Source: Thermoplasmata archaeon (GTDB taxonomy: Archaea > Thermoplasmatota > JASEFT01 > JBBABA01). From it: DNA of 64,000 nucleotides. Under the pieces are notes generated by a model. It made no database searches and had not been told where the DNA came from. It was given only the letters and a program-made list of their open reading frames with translations. This document shows positions 1 to 9,293 of the stretch, piece after piece; position 1 is the stretch's first letter; every line of letters starts with the position of its first letter. The translations under genes were made by a program, and so were the position numbers. The DNA is taken from contig JBBABA010000006.1 in NCBI GenBank assembly GCA_041657955.1, positions 64,566-128,565 of the forward strand, written 5' to 3'.

Positions 1-845
1 ACATTTACCTTGGAATAATTCGAGTTGAACGCGCTGTTGTTTAGATTTATTTCCATCGGCAGAATGATGTACCTAGTGCCAGAGACAGTGTGCTGCTTGG
101 CTATGCTGTCATATATGAAAAGGTAGTCGATCTCTCCGACTTCAAGGGCGCTCGTCAGGTCCACCTCGGCGCTGCGTACCATGACTTTGTTCGTGTTCGT
201 TACCTGGATATTGGAAGGTGCATTGATCATCGTTATGTTTGTCGTAACGTTCGTGGTGGCGTTCGTTGTGGTATTATATGTGATACATAGGTTTGTATTG
301 TTCGCGACAAGGTCGCGGTATATGTACGAATCATTGTAGTATCTCTCAGCCAGTTTTATTACCATATTGGCACGGTATCCGCACGGGTCGTCATTTGGAT
401 TCGAGAAACCGAATTTCACATCCGATCGCCGCAGTATCTGATACCAGTTGGTGGAGTTTACTTCGTCCTTGTATTTACTGTGGCTCGTGTATGCTATTAT
501 TATGCTGTTTCTTGCGAACTGGATGGAATAGTTAGCGGTCTTGGTGGCTGAATTTATCATCATGTTGTCGATAAGCGAGTAATCCGCAACCGCCAAAACA
601 TCGCAATCCTGTTTCAGGTCGGTAATCTTTCTTATCATGTCAGCGCTGCCGCCGCTTTGCACTTGAACATCCACATCGGAGTGTGCCGCTTCAAATCTTC
701 TTTCGAACTCGCCAAACATCGTTGCCAGGCTGCCTGCGGCATATACTTTCAGAACTGTTTTGCTGGATCCGCCAAGGCATCCGCTGAATGGTACAGCTAT
801 CATGATAACAATTGCGAGAATCGCTACTACTTTTTCGTGATTCAT
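1..845 (-). CDS. ABC transporter substrate-binding lipoprotein, ModA/WtpA-like (molybdate/tungstate family). The 3' end is truncated by the window edge.
   Basis: Manual reverse-strand translation from the ATG at 845 is open to position 1 (MNHEKVVAILAIVIMIAVPFSGCLGGSSKTVLKVYAAGSL...). It has a lipobox-like SGC and a VYAAGSL motif typical of ModA/WtpA periplasmic binding proteins. It is absent from the ORF track only because its stop lies outside the window. The plus-strand ORFs listed here are shadows of this gene. Confidence 0.6.
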   Translation of the reverse strand, partial: MNHEKVVAILAIVIMIAVPFSGCLGGSSKTVLKVYAAGSLATMFGEFERRFEAAHSDVDVQVQSGGSADMIRKITDLKQDCDVLAVADYSLIDNMMINSATKTANYSIQFARNSIIIAYTSHSKYKDEVNSTNWYQILRRSDVKFGFSNPNDDPCGYRANMVIKLAERYYNDSYIYRDLVANNTNLCITYNTTTNATTNVTTNITMINAPSNIQVTNTNKVMVRSAEVDLTSALEVGEIDYLFIYDSIAKQHTVSGTRYIILPMEINLNNSAFNSNYSKVN

Positions 846-1030
846 TTTTCTACCGCCTACCGTTATGTTTAATCGAGCATAATGAAAATATACATTATAA
901 ATTTTGTGTAGATTTTGGTGATTGTATTGTCGACATAAAATCGCAAATAATTTAAAATCTAGCTAAAAAATAGTTTATGAGTTTGTTAAAGCCGTTTCCA
1001 CATATCGTTATAGATTACCCGGCCGTATTC

Positions 1031-1049
1031 ACGAAAGTTTATTAATATA
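1031..1049 (+). promoter_or_regulatory. Candidate archaeal BRE/TATA promoter for the 1079 ORF.
   Basis: A purine-rich cgaaag is followed by tttattaatata about 30 nt upstream of the ATG. A GGTGA SD-like motif sits at 1070-1074, 4 nt before the ATG. Confidence 0.35.
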
Positions 1050-1078
1050 CACTACCATTAAAGAAACACGGTGATATT

Positions 1079-1333
1079 ATGGATAAGATACAAGTAAGTG
1101 CCTGTGGTTATTTGTGCACTATGTGCAGACTGAAAGAGACAAAAGATTGCAGTGGTTGTTCTGTGGATTCAAAAATCGACTGCAAAATAATTAAATGCGC
1201 AGTGAAAAACAAATTAAAGACGTGCCTCCAGTGCGGTTCAAGACTAAGATGCCGCCTATATGGGGAAGGCATCAGATACTGCCCGCTTCGGATGGAAATG
1301 TTCGAGAAACAGGAATGGAAAGAATACTGCTGA
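1079..1333 (+). CDS. Small cysteine-rich protein (84 aa, many CxxC pairs), probably a metal-binding protein.
   Basis: ORF with GGTGA SD and a TATA-like box upstream. About 14 Cys arranged as CxxC/CxxxC pairs. Confidence 0.45.
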   Translation: MDKIQVSACGYLCTMCRLKETKDCSGCSVDSKIDCKIIKCAVKNKLKTCLQCGSRLRCRLYGEGIRYCPLRMEMFEKQEWKEYC

Positions 1334-1497
1334 CGATTTTGTTTCTCGGCGTTGCGAGTCACTTAAAATGGTTCTATATCGAGAATAGGTAGTATACCAA
1401 ATAAATGATATACCCTGTAAATAGATGAAATGGACGATAACAGAGATAGATAATGAAAATAACAGACAACAATGATAGTTTACAAAAAGGTGGCAAT

Positions 1498-2016
1498 ATG
1501 GTGAAATTATGGAGATGCGAAATTTGCGGGGATCCATACATCGGAGAAAACCCGCCTGACAACTGCCCGTTTTGCGGTGCGCATAGAAAATATATAAAAG
1601 AAGCGAAGAAAGCAAAGGCCGATTTTAATGTGGAGCTTGGCGAGAAAGACAGAAAAAATTCCGAGCACGCTTTGCAGGTGGAGATAAGCAATTCTTCGTT
1701 TTATTTCTGTGCTGCCGAGAAAACAGACGACACAGAGGGCGAATTATTGTTCAAAGCACTGGGAAAGGTTGAGACGGAACATGCTGCCATCTGGCGAAAA
1801 ATATTGAAGCTCGCCAGCGTGCCGAAGGGCAGCGAACCCTGCCATATAAAAAATAAGGAAAATCTAGAAGAGTCCCATGCGAGGGAGACGAGGGCTATCG
1901 ACTTTTACAAAAAAGCGGCTTCTGAATCCGAAAACGGCAGGGTAAAACAGATATTTGAGGCGCTTGTCGAGGTGGAAACAGATCACCTAAAACTCTCGGA
2001 ACAAAGATTGAAATAA
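1498..2016 (+). CDS. Rubrerythrin-like protein with an N-terminal rubredoxin-like zinc ribbon (reverse rubrerythrin arrangement).
   Basis: N-terminal CEICG...CPFCG Cys4 ribbon, then a ferritin-like region with E..H motifs (VETEHAA, VEVETDHL). The AGGTGG SD at 1488-1493 favours the ATG at 1498 over the tracker start at 1453. Confidence 0.7.
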   Translation: MVKLWRCEICGDPYIGENPPDNCPFCGAHRKYIKEAKKAKADFNVELGEKDRKNSEHALQVEISNSSFYFCAAEKTDDTEGELLFKALGKVETEHAAIWRKILKLASVPKGSEPCHIKNKENLEESHARETRAIDFYKKAASESENGRVKQIFEALVEVETDHLKLSEQRLK

Positions 2017-2108
2017 AATCGTTTATTTAACATAATACCCGGCCTTCTTTTTTCGATAGTTATTAATAATAAAGACCAGTATTCCTATTTTTACCAAAGA
2101 GGTGAATT

Positions 2109-2849
2109 TTGAATATTACACAGAGACTTGCGATAGTCGAACGCATTTTGAATTTGGATTTAGATGCGGACGGCACGTACAAAATACTGAAACTCGTCGG
2201 AGCAAGCAGCTTCCCGCAGGATATCCTGGCTGAATTGAAACTCTATAGCGAGTGCCTGCCGATGGCTGACGAAACCAGCTATACCGATAAACAAAGATAC
2301 ATGCACTTTTTGTGGGACGTACTTGATAAACTGCCAATTAGCGTTGTGGTGTCATTTTCCATTCCTTTTAGGCGGATGCTTGCCAAGAGATTGTTCAAAA
2401 AATGCGGCCGCAATTTTATTGCTGAGGAAAACGTACGATTTAATTTTCCGCAAAACCTGGAGATAGGGGATGACGTGTTCATAAACCGCGGTACATTTTT
2501 GGACTCCAAGGGCGGCATCGTAGTGGGCAACTTCGTGGGGATTACCGAGGATGTTCAGATATTCACGCACAATCATTCAGAATCCAACCATGCTGCCCGT
2601 ACATACGAAAAGGTCGTGATTAAGGATTATGCCAAGATTTCTTCCGGTGCAGTTATTCTGCCTGGCGTGACTATAGGCGAACAGGCGATCGTTGCCGCAA
2701 GGGCGCTTGTCACAAAAGACGTGCCCCCCAATGTCCTTGTGGCTGGAATACCTGCAAAAGTTATCCGCGAAAGGCTGACAGAGGGAAAGAAGGCAAAAGA
2801 GTTAAACCACATCTGGATGCACAATGCTACTTTCCAGAATGAAAAATAA
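2109..2849 (+). CDS. Hexapeptide-repeat (left-handed beta-helix) acetyltransferase.
   Basis: Isoleucine-patch hexapeptide repeats in the C-terminal half (IGDDVFINRG..., IGEQAIVAARALV, VLVAGIPAKVI). TTG start with AGGTGA SD. Confidence 0.7.
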   Translation: MNITQRLAIVERILNLDLDADGTYKILKLVGASSFPQDILAELKLYSECLPMADETSYTDKQRYMHFLWDVLDKLPISVVVSFSIPFRRMLAKRLFKKCGRNFIAEENVRFNFPQNLEIGDDVFINRGTFLDSKGGIVVGNFVGITEDVQIFTHNHSESNHAARTYEKVVIKDYAKISSGAVILPGVTIGEQAIVAARALVTKDVPPNVLVAGIPAKVIRERLTEGKKAKELNHIWMHNATFQNEK

Positions 2850-3056
2850 AAAGTCAACCTAAAGAAAACCGCCGGCGCATTCACCGAACGCCGCGCCGAT
2901 AGCATACAGGATAAACATTCGATCGGTTATGCACGCAACTGCGACATGTGGATATACAAGTGTAGGATTGAGTCGCCCTTCTAATGGATATATCTGGGGT
3001 CGGCGCGGGCGATGGGAACGTCGGTGGGGCGTTGAATAATACCGATGGTTATGTCG

Positions 3057-3953
3057 TCAATATTTCTTTAAAGTTGGCGGCGATTTACTGAATTTCTGTG
3101 TATGTAGTCTTTCCCTATTCTTGCGTTTGACACGGATCCAGATTAAGAATACAATGAGTATCAAAAAAGGTACCCAGCACGGGCTGGCGACTTCGCAAAC
3201 AAACAACATGCCGCCCCAGTCAAAAACATACTCTGACTTGTTGCTGGAGACCCCAACAGTCAGTGAATCCATTGAAAAATTGTTCCAATTGAAAGTGATT
3301 ACTTTTTGTCCGTTTTCGTTCACGGTTGTGTTATCTGGTACACGGTAGGTGGTCGCGTCGTCAAATTCTGTGCAATTTGAAACGAATCGTATTGTGACAC
3401 TTTCTATATGACTGCCCCACGCTTCAGTGCCGATAATCTTGTATGAACATCTCCAGTGTTTTATCGATGAAGTGTATGGAATCCATGCACCATAATCTCG
3501 TTCATAATAACAACTGTCAATCGCCCAGTTGACCGATATGTTCTGATGTTGCAATGCGGGAATTTGGGTATCAAATACAATCACATTTGTGTTGTTTATC
3601 GTTTCATCGGATAAAGAAACGGGCGTGCCTTCTACGGCGATACAGGCCGTTCCGCTTTTTGGATGGTAACCAGGATCAAACGCCAATCTAAAAGAATTAG
3701 TTGAGTTCTTCAGATTAATCAAAGTGAAGTTTGCAATTCCGAACGAGATATCTCTCTCCATATAGACGGTAACATTTACTGTTTTTAGTGAAACATTTAC
3801 AGATCTTTCGGGCCATATTGAACTTATGTCTCTTGAAGCTATGCGTACATCCGCAACAGCATTCGATGGTATGAAAGTCGCGATAATTGCCGAGAGTAAT
3901 AGCAAAAACACAATTAATGACAACCTCCCGAATATTGAATTGTTCATCCTCAT
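3057..3953 (-). CDS. Secreted, membrane-anchored surface protein with many N-glycosylation sequons.
   Basis: N-terminal signal peptide, a C-terminal TM helix plus basic tail (LILIVFLIWIRVKRKNRE), and numerous N-x-S/T sites. Confidence 0.5.
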   Translation of the reverse strand: MRMNNSIFGRLSLIVFLLLLSAIIATFIPSNAVADVRIASRDISSIWPERSVNVSLKTVNVTVYMERDISFGIANFTLINLKNSTNSFRLAFDPGYHPKSGTACIAVEGTPVSLSDETINNTNVIVFDTQIPALQHQNISVNWAIDSCYYERDYGAWIPYTSSIKHWRCSYKIIGTEAWGSHIESVTIRFVSNCTEFDDATTYRVPDNTTVNENGQKVITFNWNNFSMDSLTVGVSSNKSEYVFDWGGMLFVCEVASPCWVPFLILIVFLIWIRVKRKNRERLHTQKFSKSPPTLKKY

Positions 3954-4073
3954 TCGCCACCGAAATTAGTATGTCGTTACAATATAAAAGGTTTCAGTTG
4001 TTTTCGTCACGCCAGGAGGTCGGCAAATTTGGAGATTAGGCCAGACAATTAATGGGATAATTTCAGCGGAAGT

Positions 4074-5393
4074 TTACGTCCTATTCTCGCCTGCGGCCTT
4101 GCGCACCAGGAACAGGTACAAAACGAATATCACTACCAGATACGCAAGAGTCCTGACGACGATCAGGGTGTTTGTCACTAATTCGGTTTGGTTGGAAATC
4201 GTAAGCGTTGCGAGGTGCGAGATTCCAAACAGGCCGAACGCGGCGCCTATGAAAACTGGCATTATGTCCTTCTTTTTGATATAGCCCCACAAGCCAAGAG
4301 CCACTATCGCTGCACAGAGCACCAGATTAACTGCGATTGTCGTATTCCATGTGAACTTGAAGCTCATCTCGCTGCTTTTTACGGCCGTTACTGTTGTACT
4401 CTTTTGGACGAGCCCTGCAGTGATCGGTTTGTTGTCTTTGCAGTTGCCGCCAGGGATACTATATGCAACATCCCCTACTCCGCTTACATCCTTGCCCGTG
4501 TAGTCGTCCCACATATTGCCCTTTGCGCCATCATCCCAATTGTTCGCGCCGTTGTCATATGCTTGTATTGTGTTGTTCGTGAAAGTGTTATAATAAATGT
4601 TGTTGTTGGATGCGGAATATATGTCAATACCGTATGAATTATTTGAGAATGTGGAGTTCCTGAGCGTAACGCCGGTTGAGGCAGCTATGCCGATCCCTAG
4701 ATTAGATTTTGTAACCGAGGAATGCGAGATATAACTGTTCGAGCAGAAAGCGAGGTATATCCCTTCTGCACATCTGGTGAGGCTCGCATTCGTTATTGTC
4801 GTGCTCGGGCTAAATGAAGCATATATACCATCATACGAGCAGTCCGTTATCGTTACCCTGGATATGGTATTGCCTGAACTCTCGACAATACAGATGCCCT
4901 CAGTTGTGCAATCCGTCATTACAACATCAGATACTATATTGCCAGTGCTCGAAAACAGGCCGATGCACGAATCGCATTCTGTAATAGAAATGTTAGACAT
5001 GCTATTGTTTGTGCCTGCCAAAACATGAATGCCGTACCCGAATTTTTCCAATTTCAGATTACTAATGCTAACGTTACTCGCGGTTACGGCGATGCCTTTT
5101 GAACCTGCAACATTCGCACCGCGTATTATCGCCTGGGTGCTCTCGCCTGCGATAGATATGCTCTTATTGACCGCAACGGATTCGCTGTATACTCCGTTGT
5201 AAATATACACTGTATCGCTTGCGTTTGAGGCGTTCACTGCTGCCTGTATTGTTGTATAGTCCATTCCGCCGCTGTCGTCTACCGTGATTGTTCTGGCGCT
5301 TGAATTCACCGCGATCATTGTTATTATAAAAAATATGGCCGCAAACAGTATAATTCCAAATAGTCTTTTGTTGTTCATGCAACGCACCTTCAT
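4074..5393 (-). CDS. Cell-surface protein with a right-handed parallel beta-helix (NosD/pectate-lyase-like) repeat domain and a C-terminal membrane anchor.
   Basis: Signal peptide. Repeated short turns (ISITECD, VTITDCS, ASLTRCAEGIY, ...) typical of PbH1 repeats. Three predicted C-terminal TM helices. Confidence 0.6.
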   Translation of the reverse strand: MKVRCMNNKRLFGIILFAAIFFIITMIAVNSSARTITVDDSGGMDYTTIQAAVNASNASDTVYIYNGVYSESVAVNKSISIAGESTQAIIRGANVAGSKGIAVTASNVSISNLKLEKFGYGIHVLAGTNNSMSNISITECDSCIGLFSSTGNIVSDVVMTDCTTEGICIVESSGNTISRVTITDCSYDGIYASFSPSTTITNASLTRCAEGIYLAFCSNSYISHSSVTKSNLGIGIAASTGVTLRNSTFSNNSYGIDIYSASNNNIYYNTFTNNTIQAYDNGANNWDDGAKGNMWDDYTGKDVSGVGDVAYSIPGGNCKDNKPITAGLVQKSTTVTAVKSSEMSFKFTWNTTIAVNLVLCAAIVALGLWGYIKKKDIMPVFIGAAFGLFGISHLATLTISNQTELVTNTLIVVRTLAYLVVIFVLYLFLVRKAAGENRT

Positions 5394-5567
5394 CGCCGAA
5401 AATTGGTTGTAGGTATATATAATTTGTTTAAAGCAGATTTGTAACCACCTAGATAAAAAATGTTTGATTGCGTGGATAGGAGCGTAAACTGGAGATATGG
5501 GGATTGGTAAAATAAAGGGTTAAATCAAACTAAGATTTACGGACTAAACAACTACATACATTAAATT

Positions 5568-5615
5568 GTAGTGCCTAAAAACTATAGAAATTATTATATA
5601 CAATTTAGGCACTAC
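5568..5615. repeat. 48-bp palindromic element, copy 1 (12-bp stem GTAGTGCCTAAA / TTTAGGCACTAC, 24-nt loop).
   Basis: Perfect 12-bp inverted repeat read directly from the sequence. The loop contains a TATA-like ttattatatac 25-30 nt before the Fic ATG. Confidence 0.8.
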
Positions 5616-5623
5616 ATTATATC

Positions 5624-6589
5624 ATGGCATTTATCCGCGCGAAATTCATCAATGGAGAATATTACTACTATCTTGTCGAATCACGACGCGCCGGCGGAAA
5701 AATTTTACAGGAGACCATAAAATATCTGGGTGCTCGCAGCGAGGCTGAGAAATATGCAGAAACACACAATCTCAAACTCACGGCACCGCGCAGTGCCTTT
5801 CCGATAAAAGCTGAAACATCTCTTGATAAATTAATCGAACTAAAGAAAAAACGATTGTCGAAACTCCGCAGAAACCCGACAATCGAACGTAGATTAAGGG
5901 ATGATATTGCAGTTATCTGGACATATAACTCTACCGCTATTGAGGGCAGTACCCTGAATTTGAAGGAAACCGCACTGCTTCTTCAAGATGGTGTAGCGTC
6001 CGGCAACAAGGCGTTAACCGACTATATGACGGCAGAAGGCCATCGGGATGCTGTGAATATCGTTTATAATTTTGTCGAAAGCAGGCAAACCATCGATGAA
6101 CCCTCGATACTCGCACTTCACAAGGCAGTATTGAAAGGCAATTTTGACGTTCACGTTATCGGAGAATACAGGGACGTACCTGTTTGGATAAGGGGTTCAT
6201 CTTATGTTCCCCCGCCACCAGAGCAGGTGCCTGCATTTATGAAAAAGTTAATCACTCTGGCCAATTCAAACCCAAAACGCCTTGATCCGATAACCCTATC
6301 GGCAATGGTGCACCTGGATTTTGAATCCGTTCACCCGTTTGCTGACGGGAACGGCAGGGTAGGCAGGCTCCTAAGCAACTGGATCCTTATGAAACACAAA
6401 TATCCGCCGATCATCATAGAGAACAGCGAGAAAAAGAAGTACTTCACAGCCCTGGAAAACGCGCAAACAAGGCACGACAAAACCGGTTTGCTGAGGTTTT
6501 TCAAAAAGAAGACGAATCTGGCACTGGATTTTCATCTTGAACGGTTGGATCCGGATTACAAAAAATGGATGAAGACTCTGAAAATGTAG
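5624..6589 (+). CDS. Fic-family AMP-transferase, class II (with N-terminal inhibitory helix motif).
   Basis: Canonical Fic motif HPFADGNGRVGR. Upstream STAIEG matches the [ST]xxxE[GN] inhibitory helix signature. Confidence 0.85.
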   Translation: MAFIRAKFINGEYYYYLVESRRAGGKILQETIKYLGARSEAEKYAETHNLKLTAPRSAFPIKAETSLDKLIELKKKRLSKLRRNPTIERRLRDDIAVIWTYNSTAIEGSTLNLKETALLLQDGVASGNKALTDYMTAEGHRDAVNIVYNFVESRQTIDEPSILALHKAVLKGNFDVHVIGEYRDVPVWIRGSSYVPPPPEQVPAFMKKLITLANSNPKRLDPITLSAMVHLDFESVHPFADGNGRVGRLLSNWILMKHKYPPIIIENSEKKKYFTALENAQTRHDKTGLLRFFKKKTNLALDFHLERLDPDYKKWMKTLKM

Positions 6590-6633
6590 TGCCTAAAAAG
6601 TATGGAAAGTTTTGGGTTGGATTTAGGCACTAC
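6586..6633. repeat. 48-bp palindromic element, copy 2 (same 12-bp stem and 24-nt loop). It overlaps the Fic stop codon.
   Basis: The identical GTAGTGCCTAAA ... TTTAGGCACTAC arms. The loop is partially similar to copy 1. It lies between convergent genes. Confidence 0.8.
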
Positions 6634-6660
6634 GGGGTGGGGGTTTGAGGACACACAAAT

Positions 6661-6840
6661 TCAGATTTTATACTCGGTGTGTTTTTCGCCTATTCCAGAA
6701 GTCCTATAATGCCCTTTATTACATTTGGAGCAATAGTACATCTCTTCAATCTTATATTTTATATGTTCTTTGCCTATTCCTGAACCTTTCCAATGTCCCT
6801 TGCTACATTTTGAACAATAGTAGTATTTTTCATCAGCCAT
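6661..6840 (-). CDS. 59-aa small protein with a tandem duplicated C-x2-C-x3-H ... H motif (putative metal-binding).
   Basis: Manual translation: MADEKYYYCSKCSKGHWKGSGIGKEHIKYKIEEMYYCSKCNKGHYRTSGIGEKHTEYKI. GGAGG SD about 10 nt upstream. It is below the tracker size cutoff. It is co-oriented with, and 22 nt downstream of, the 135-aa ORF. Confidence 0.5.
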   Translation of the reverse strand: MADEKYYYCSKCSKGHWKGSGIGKEHIKYKIEEMYYCSKCNKGHYRTSGIGEKHTEYKI

Positions 6841-6862
6841 AAATATTGAACCTCCTGGTTTG

Positions 6863-7270
6863 TTACAAATCTCGTTTTTCAGTTTGTTGTTCTTCGAGCT
6901 TTTTCATTACCATTCGTTCTAGGTTTCGCTTTACCCTCGGATGCATGCTAGTTGCTTCTGTGAATCTTTTTCCCTTTCCTGGAAGAGCCGCCATGCTTAC
7001 TATATATTCTTGCACTAATTCTCCCCAACTGGTCTCCTTGTGTAAATACCGGTTGCAATGTGTTCGTGATGCATACCCCACAAATACTTGCCAATCGATA
7101 TTGTGTAGTTTTAAGTCGTTTTTCCAATATTTCCATAAATGACTGGCAACTTTTTTGTCGATGTCAATTTCAGTTGCACTTTTAAGAAATTCTTCATCGG
7201 GTTCGGGTGGATTTTTTAATGTAACGTCTAACCACTTGCCCTTTACTCTCATTGTTGATTCCTCTTCCAT
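6863..7270 (-). CDS. Hypothetical protein (about 135 aa from the internal ATG).
   Basis: ORF co-oriented with the recombinase and the 59-aa ORF. No recognisable motifs. The start choice is uncertain. Confidence 0.4.
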   Translation of the reverse strand: MEEESTMRVKGKWLDVTLKNPPEPDEEFLKSATEIDIDKKVASHLWKYWKNDLKLHNIDWQVFVGYASRTHCNRYLHKETSWGELVQEYIVSMAALPGKGKRFTEATSMHPRVKRNLERMVMKKLEEQQTEKRDL

Positions 7271-7704
7271 TTTTATCGTTATGATAATAAAATAAACACC
7301 CTTTGAGATATTAAACCTTCCTAAAATCGAGAGGTTGTTACGTTCTTCCATCCAACAAGAGAGAGATCATCTCTTCGTAGGGGGATATATAATGTGGTAT
7401 TACACAAACATATAGAATGGCAAATAGCATTATCTATAATACACTCTCCTCCCCCTAAACGTGTCTGTTTCCCCGTCCTCCAATCGATATCACAGTTAAT
7501 AACTCCAAATCCTTTATTTCATAAACTTATTCTCGATAGCAACTTAACAAAATAACTATATAATAGAGTATACGACATATAGTAATATATTTTATTTAAT
7601 ATTGTTAAGTAAATATCGTTATTCTATTATCTTTTATCATATTTATCGTTATATTGTAATTTTAGGCCTATTTTGTTACATATAATGTAGTGTATTTTAT
7701 CTTG

Positions 7705-8391
7705 TTATAGTATCTTTTCAACACTTCCTATGATTTTTCCGTTTAATCTAACTTCGCCGGTTCGATAAATCGGATTTTTCAATATAGTCTGAAGCGAGCT
7801 ACGTTTAAGGTTGTACTTCTCGCTTAACTGCGTCCACGACATCCCGTTTGCCTTATCTTTGAACATCTCGCGTATCTTGTCTATCTGCTCTGGATCGGGC
7901 ACAAGTTTGTGCTCTACCATTTTATATCCAAACGGCGGCCTGCATACATAATGCCCTTTTGAAAGTGCAGTTTCCTTGCCGTGCCTAGTCCTCTCAACCG
8001 CCAAATCACGTTCATATTCCGCAGCCGCCAGCAATACGGTTGATTGGAGTTTTCCTGCAGGCGATAATCTGTCCACTGTGCCTTGGTCTGTAGAGCTGAA
8101 TAATTTTAATCCCATTCCATCGAAAGTCTTGAAAACCTGGAGCAGGTCCTCGAGCTTTCTGCCCAATCTATCAACGCGATAAACTAACACGCCGTCAAAT
8201 CCTTTGTATCTTGCGGAACGGAGCATGGCCTGAAATCCTGAACGGTCGAGCGTTTTCCCACTCTTTGCTTCATCAGCAAACTCTGTAAAAATTGTATGGC
8301 TGTGCTCTTTCGCCCATTTTATAAGATGTTCACGCTGCATGTCTACGCTTTGATCGTCTGTAGAAACCCGCAAATACAGTGCTAACTTCAT
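7705..8391 (-). CDS. Serine recombinase, resolvase/invertase family (N-terminal catalytic domain, C-terminal HTH).
   Basis: YLRVSTDDQS catalytic serine motif near the N-terminus and VYRVDRLGR. Size about 228 aa with a C-terminal HTH-like segment. Confidence 0.85.
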   Translation of the reverse strand: MKLALYLRVSTDDQSVDMQREHLIKWAKEHSHTIFTEFADEAKSGKTLDRSGFQAMLRSARYKGFDGVLVYRVDRLGRKLEDLLQVFKTFDGMGLKLFSSTDQGTVDRLSPAGKLQSTVLLAAAEYERDLAVERTRHGKETALSKGHYVCRPPFGYKMVEHKLVPDPEQIDKIREMFKDKANGMSWTQLSEKYNLKRSSLQTILKNPIYRTGEVRLNGKIIGSVEKIL

Positions 8392-8813
8392 ATCCCATCC
8401 CTAAATTCGATTTTTGGTGTGTTACACTAGTCTATGGGACTAACCGTACACCTGATTAGATATCTCGGGTAATCTTCTTCGTAAGATATAAATGTACCGT
8501 TAGTGAGCACTAACCGACTATGCTTTGACTAACTAGACGATACAGGGATTTCGAAAATAACGCAAAAAGGCAGGGTAGAACGTGTAAACATACCTATTTT
8601 GAGAGAAAATGCGTTAAAACGGCTAAAAATAGACCGGTTGTTCTAGAGAAGATGCGTAATGGAATTATTGCACTTTTTTGGGTGCCCTCGGAAAATCAGG
8701 AAATAATCGCTCCTTATTCAACGCGCGACCGAGCAGATATGTGTTATAACACATGCTATAGATGAAACACTACGGGGCATCTGCCGATATTTCCATATGC
8801 TCGTTTATACTTT

Positions 8814-9293
8814 TTACACTCTTGCGAAAATCACGGTGGTAGGGCCACCTTGCTTTTCCCAGCACTTCGGGCAATTCGCGACCCAGGTGTATATCTTTGC
8901 CGGTTTCTTCTTCTCGTTATTTTCAACGAAATTTACGAGTTCGTGTATCTCTTTCGTCAATCCCTTAAACTGACCCCGATAGTATTTTGAATAAAGAGTC
9001 GCAGGCTCCCATACTTCGATGTTGGGATCGCCTTTCGGCATTTCCTCTATAGCTATCAGCATATTTGCGGAAAATAAGCCAGTCTCATCGTCAAGCATCA
9101 TATAAGGCGGCTTGAACGTGTAGCCTTTTTCTTTGATTTCATTCATGCCTTTATTGATGGCTTTGCCTATGCCTATCGGCATGTGAAAAAATATTGAGTG
9201 CTTTGTTTTATAGAACGCTCTCGTATCCCAGTTGTGTTTCTTCAGATTCCAGTCTTCCTTGTTTAACTTTGGGCAGCAACAATCGTTTTCCAT
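8814..9293 (-). CDS. Hypothetical protein (159 aa), Cys-containing (CCC near the N-terminus, CPKC near the C-terminus).
   Basis: ORF only. No recognisable family. Confidence 0.4.
   Translation of the reverse strand: MENDCCCPKLNKEDWNLKKHNWDTRAFYKTKHSIFFHMPIGIGKAINKGMNEIKEKGYTFKPPYMMLDDETGLFSANMLIAIEEMPKGDPNIEVWEPATLYSKYYRGQFKGLTKEIHELVNFVENNEKKKPAKIYTWVANCPKCWEKQGGPTTVIFARV

Noticed and set aside
90-872. Plus-strand ORFs 90..290, 293..535 and 657..872.
   Set aside because: They lie antisense to a continuous, well-featured ModA/WtpA-like ORF on the minus strand (lipobox, binding-protein motifs). They are shadow ORFs.
6645-7142. Plus-strand ORFs 6645..6842 and 6846..7142.
   Set aside because: They are antisense to the 59-aa (with GGAGG SD) and 135-aa minus-strand ORFs. 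The composition is Cys/Phe-rich, typical of AT-rich shadow frames.
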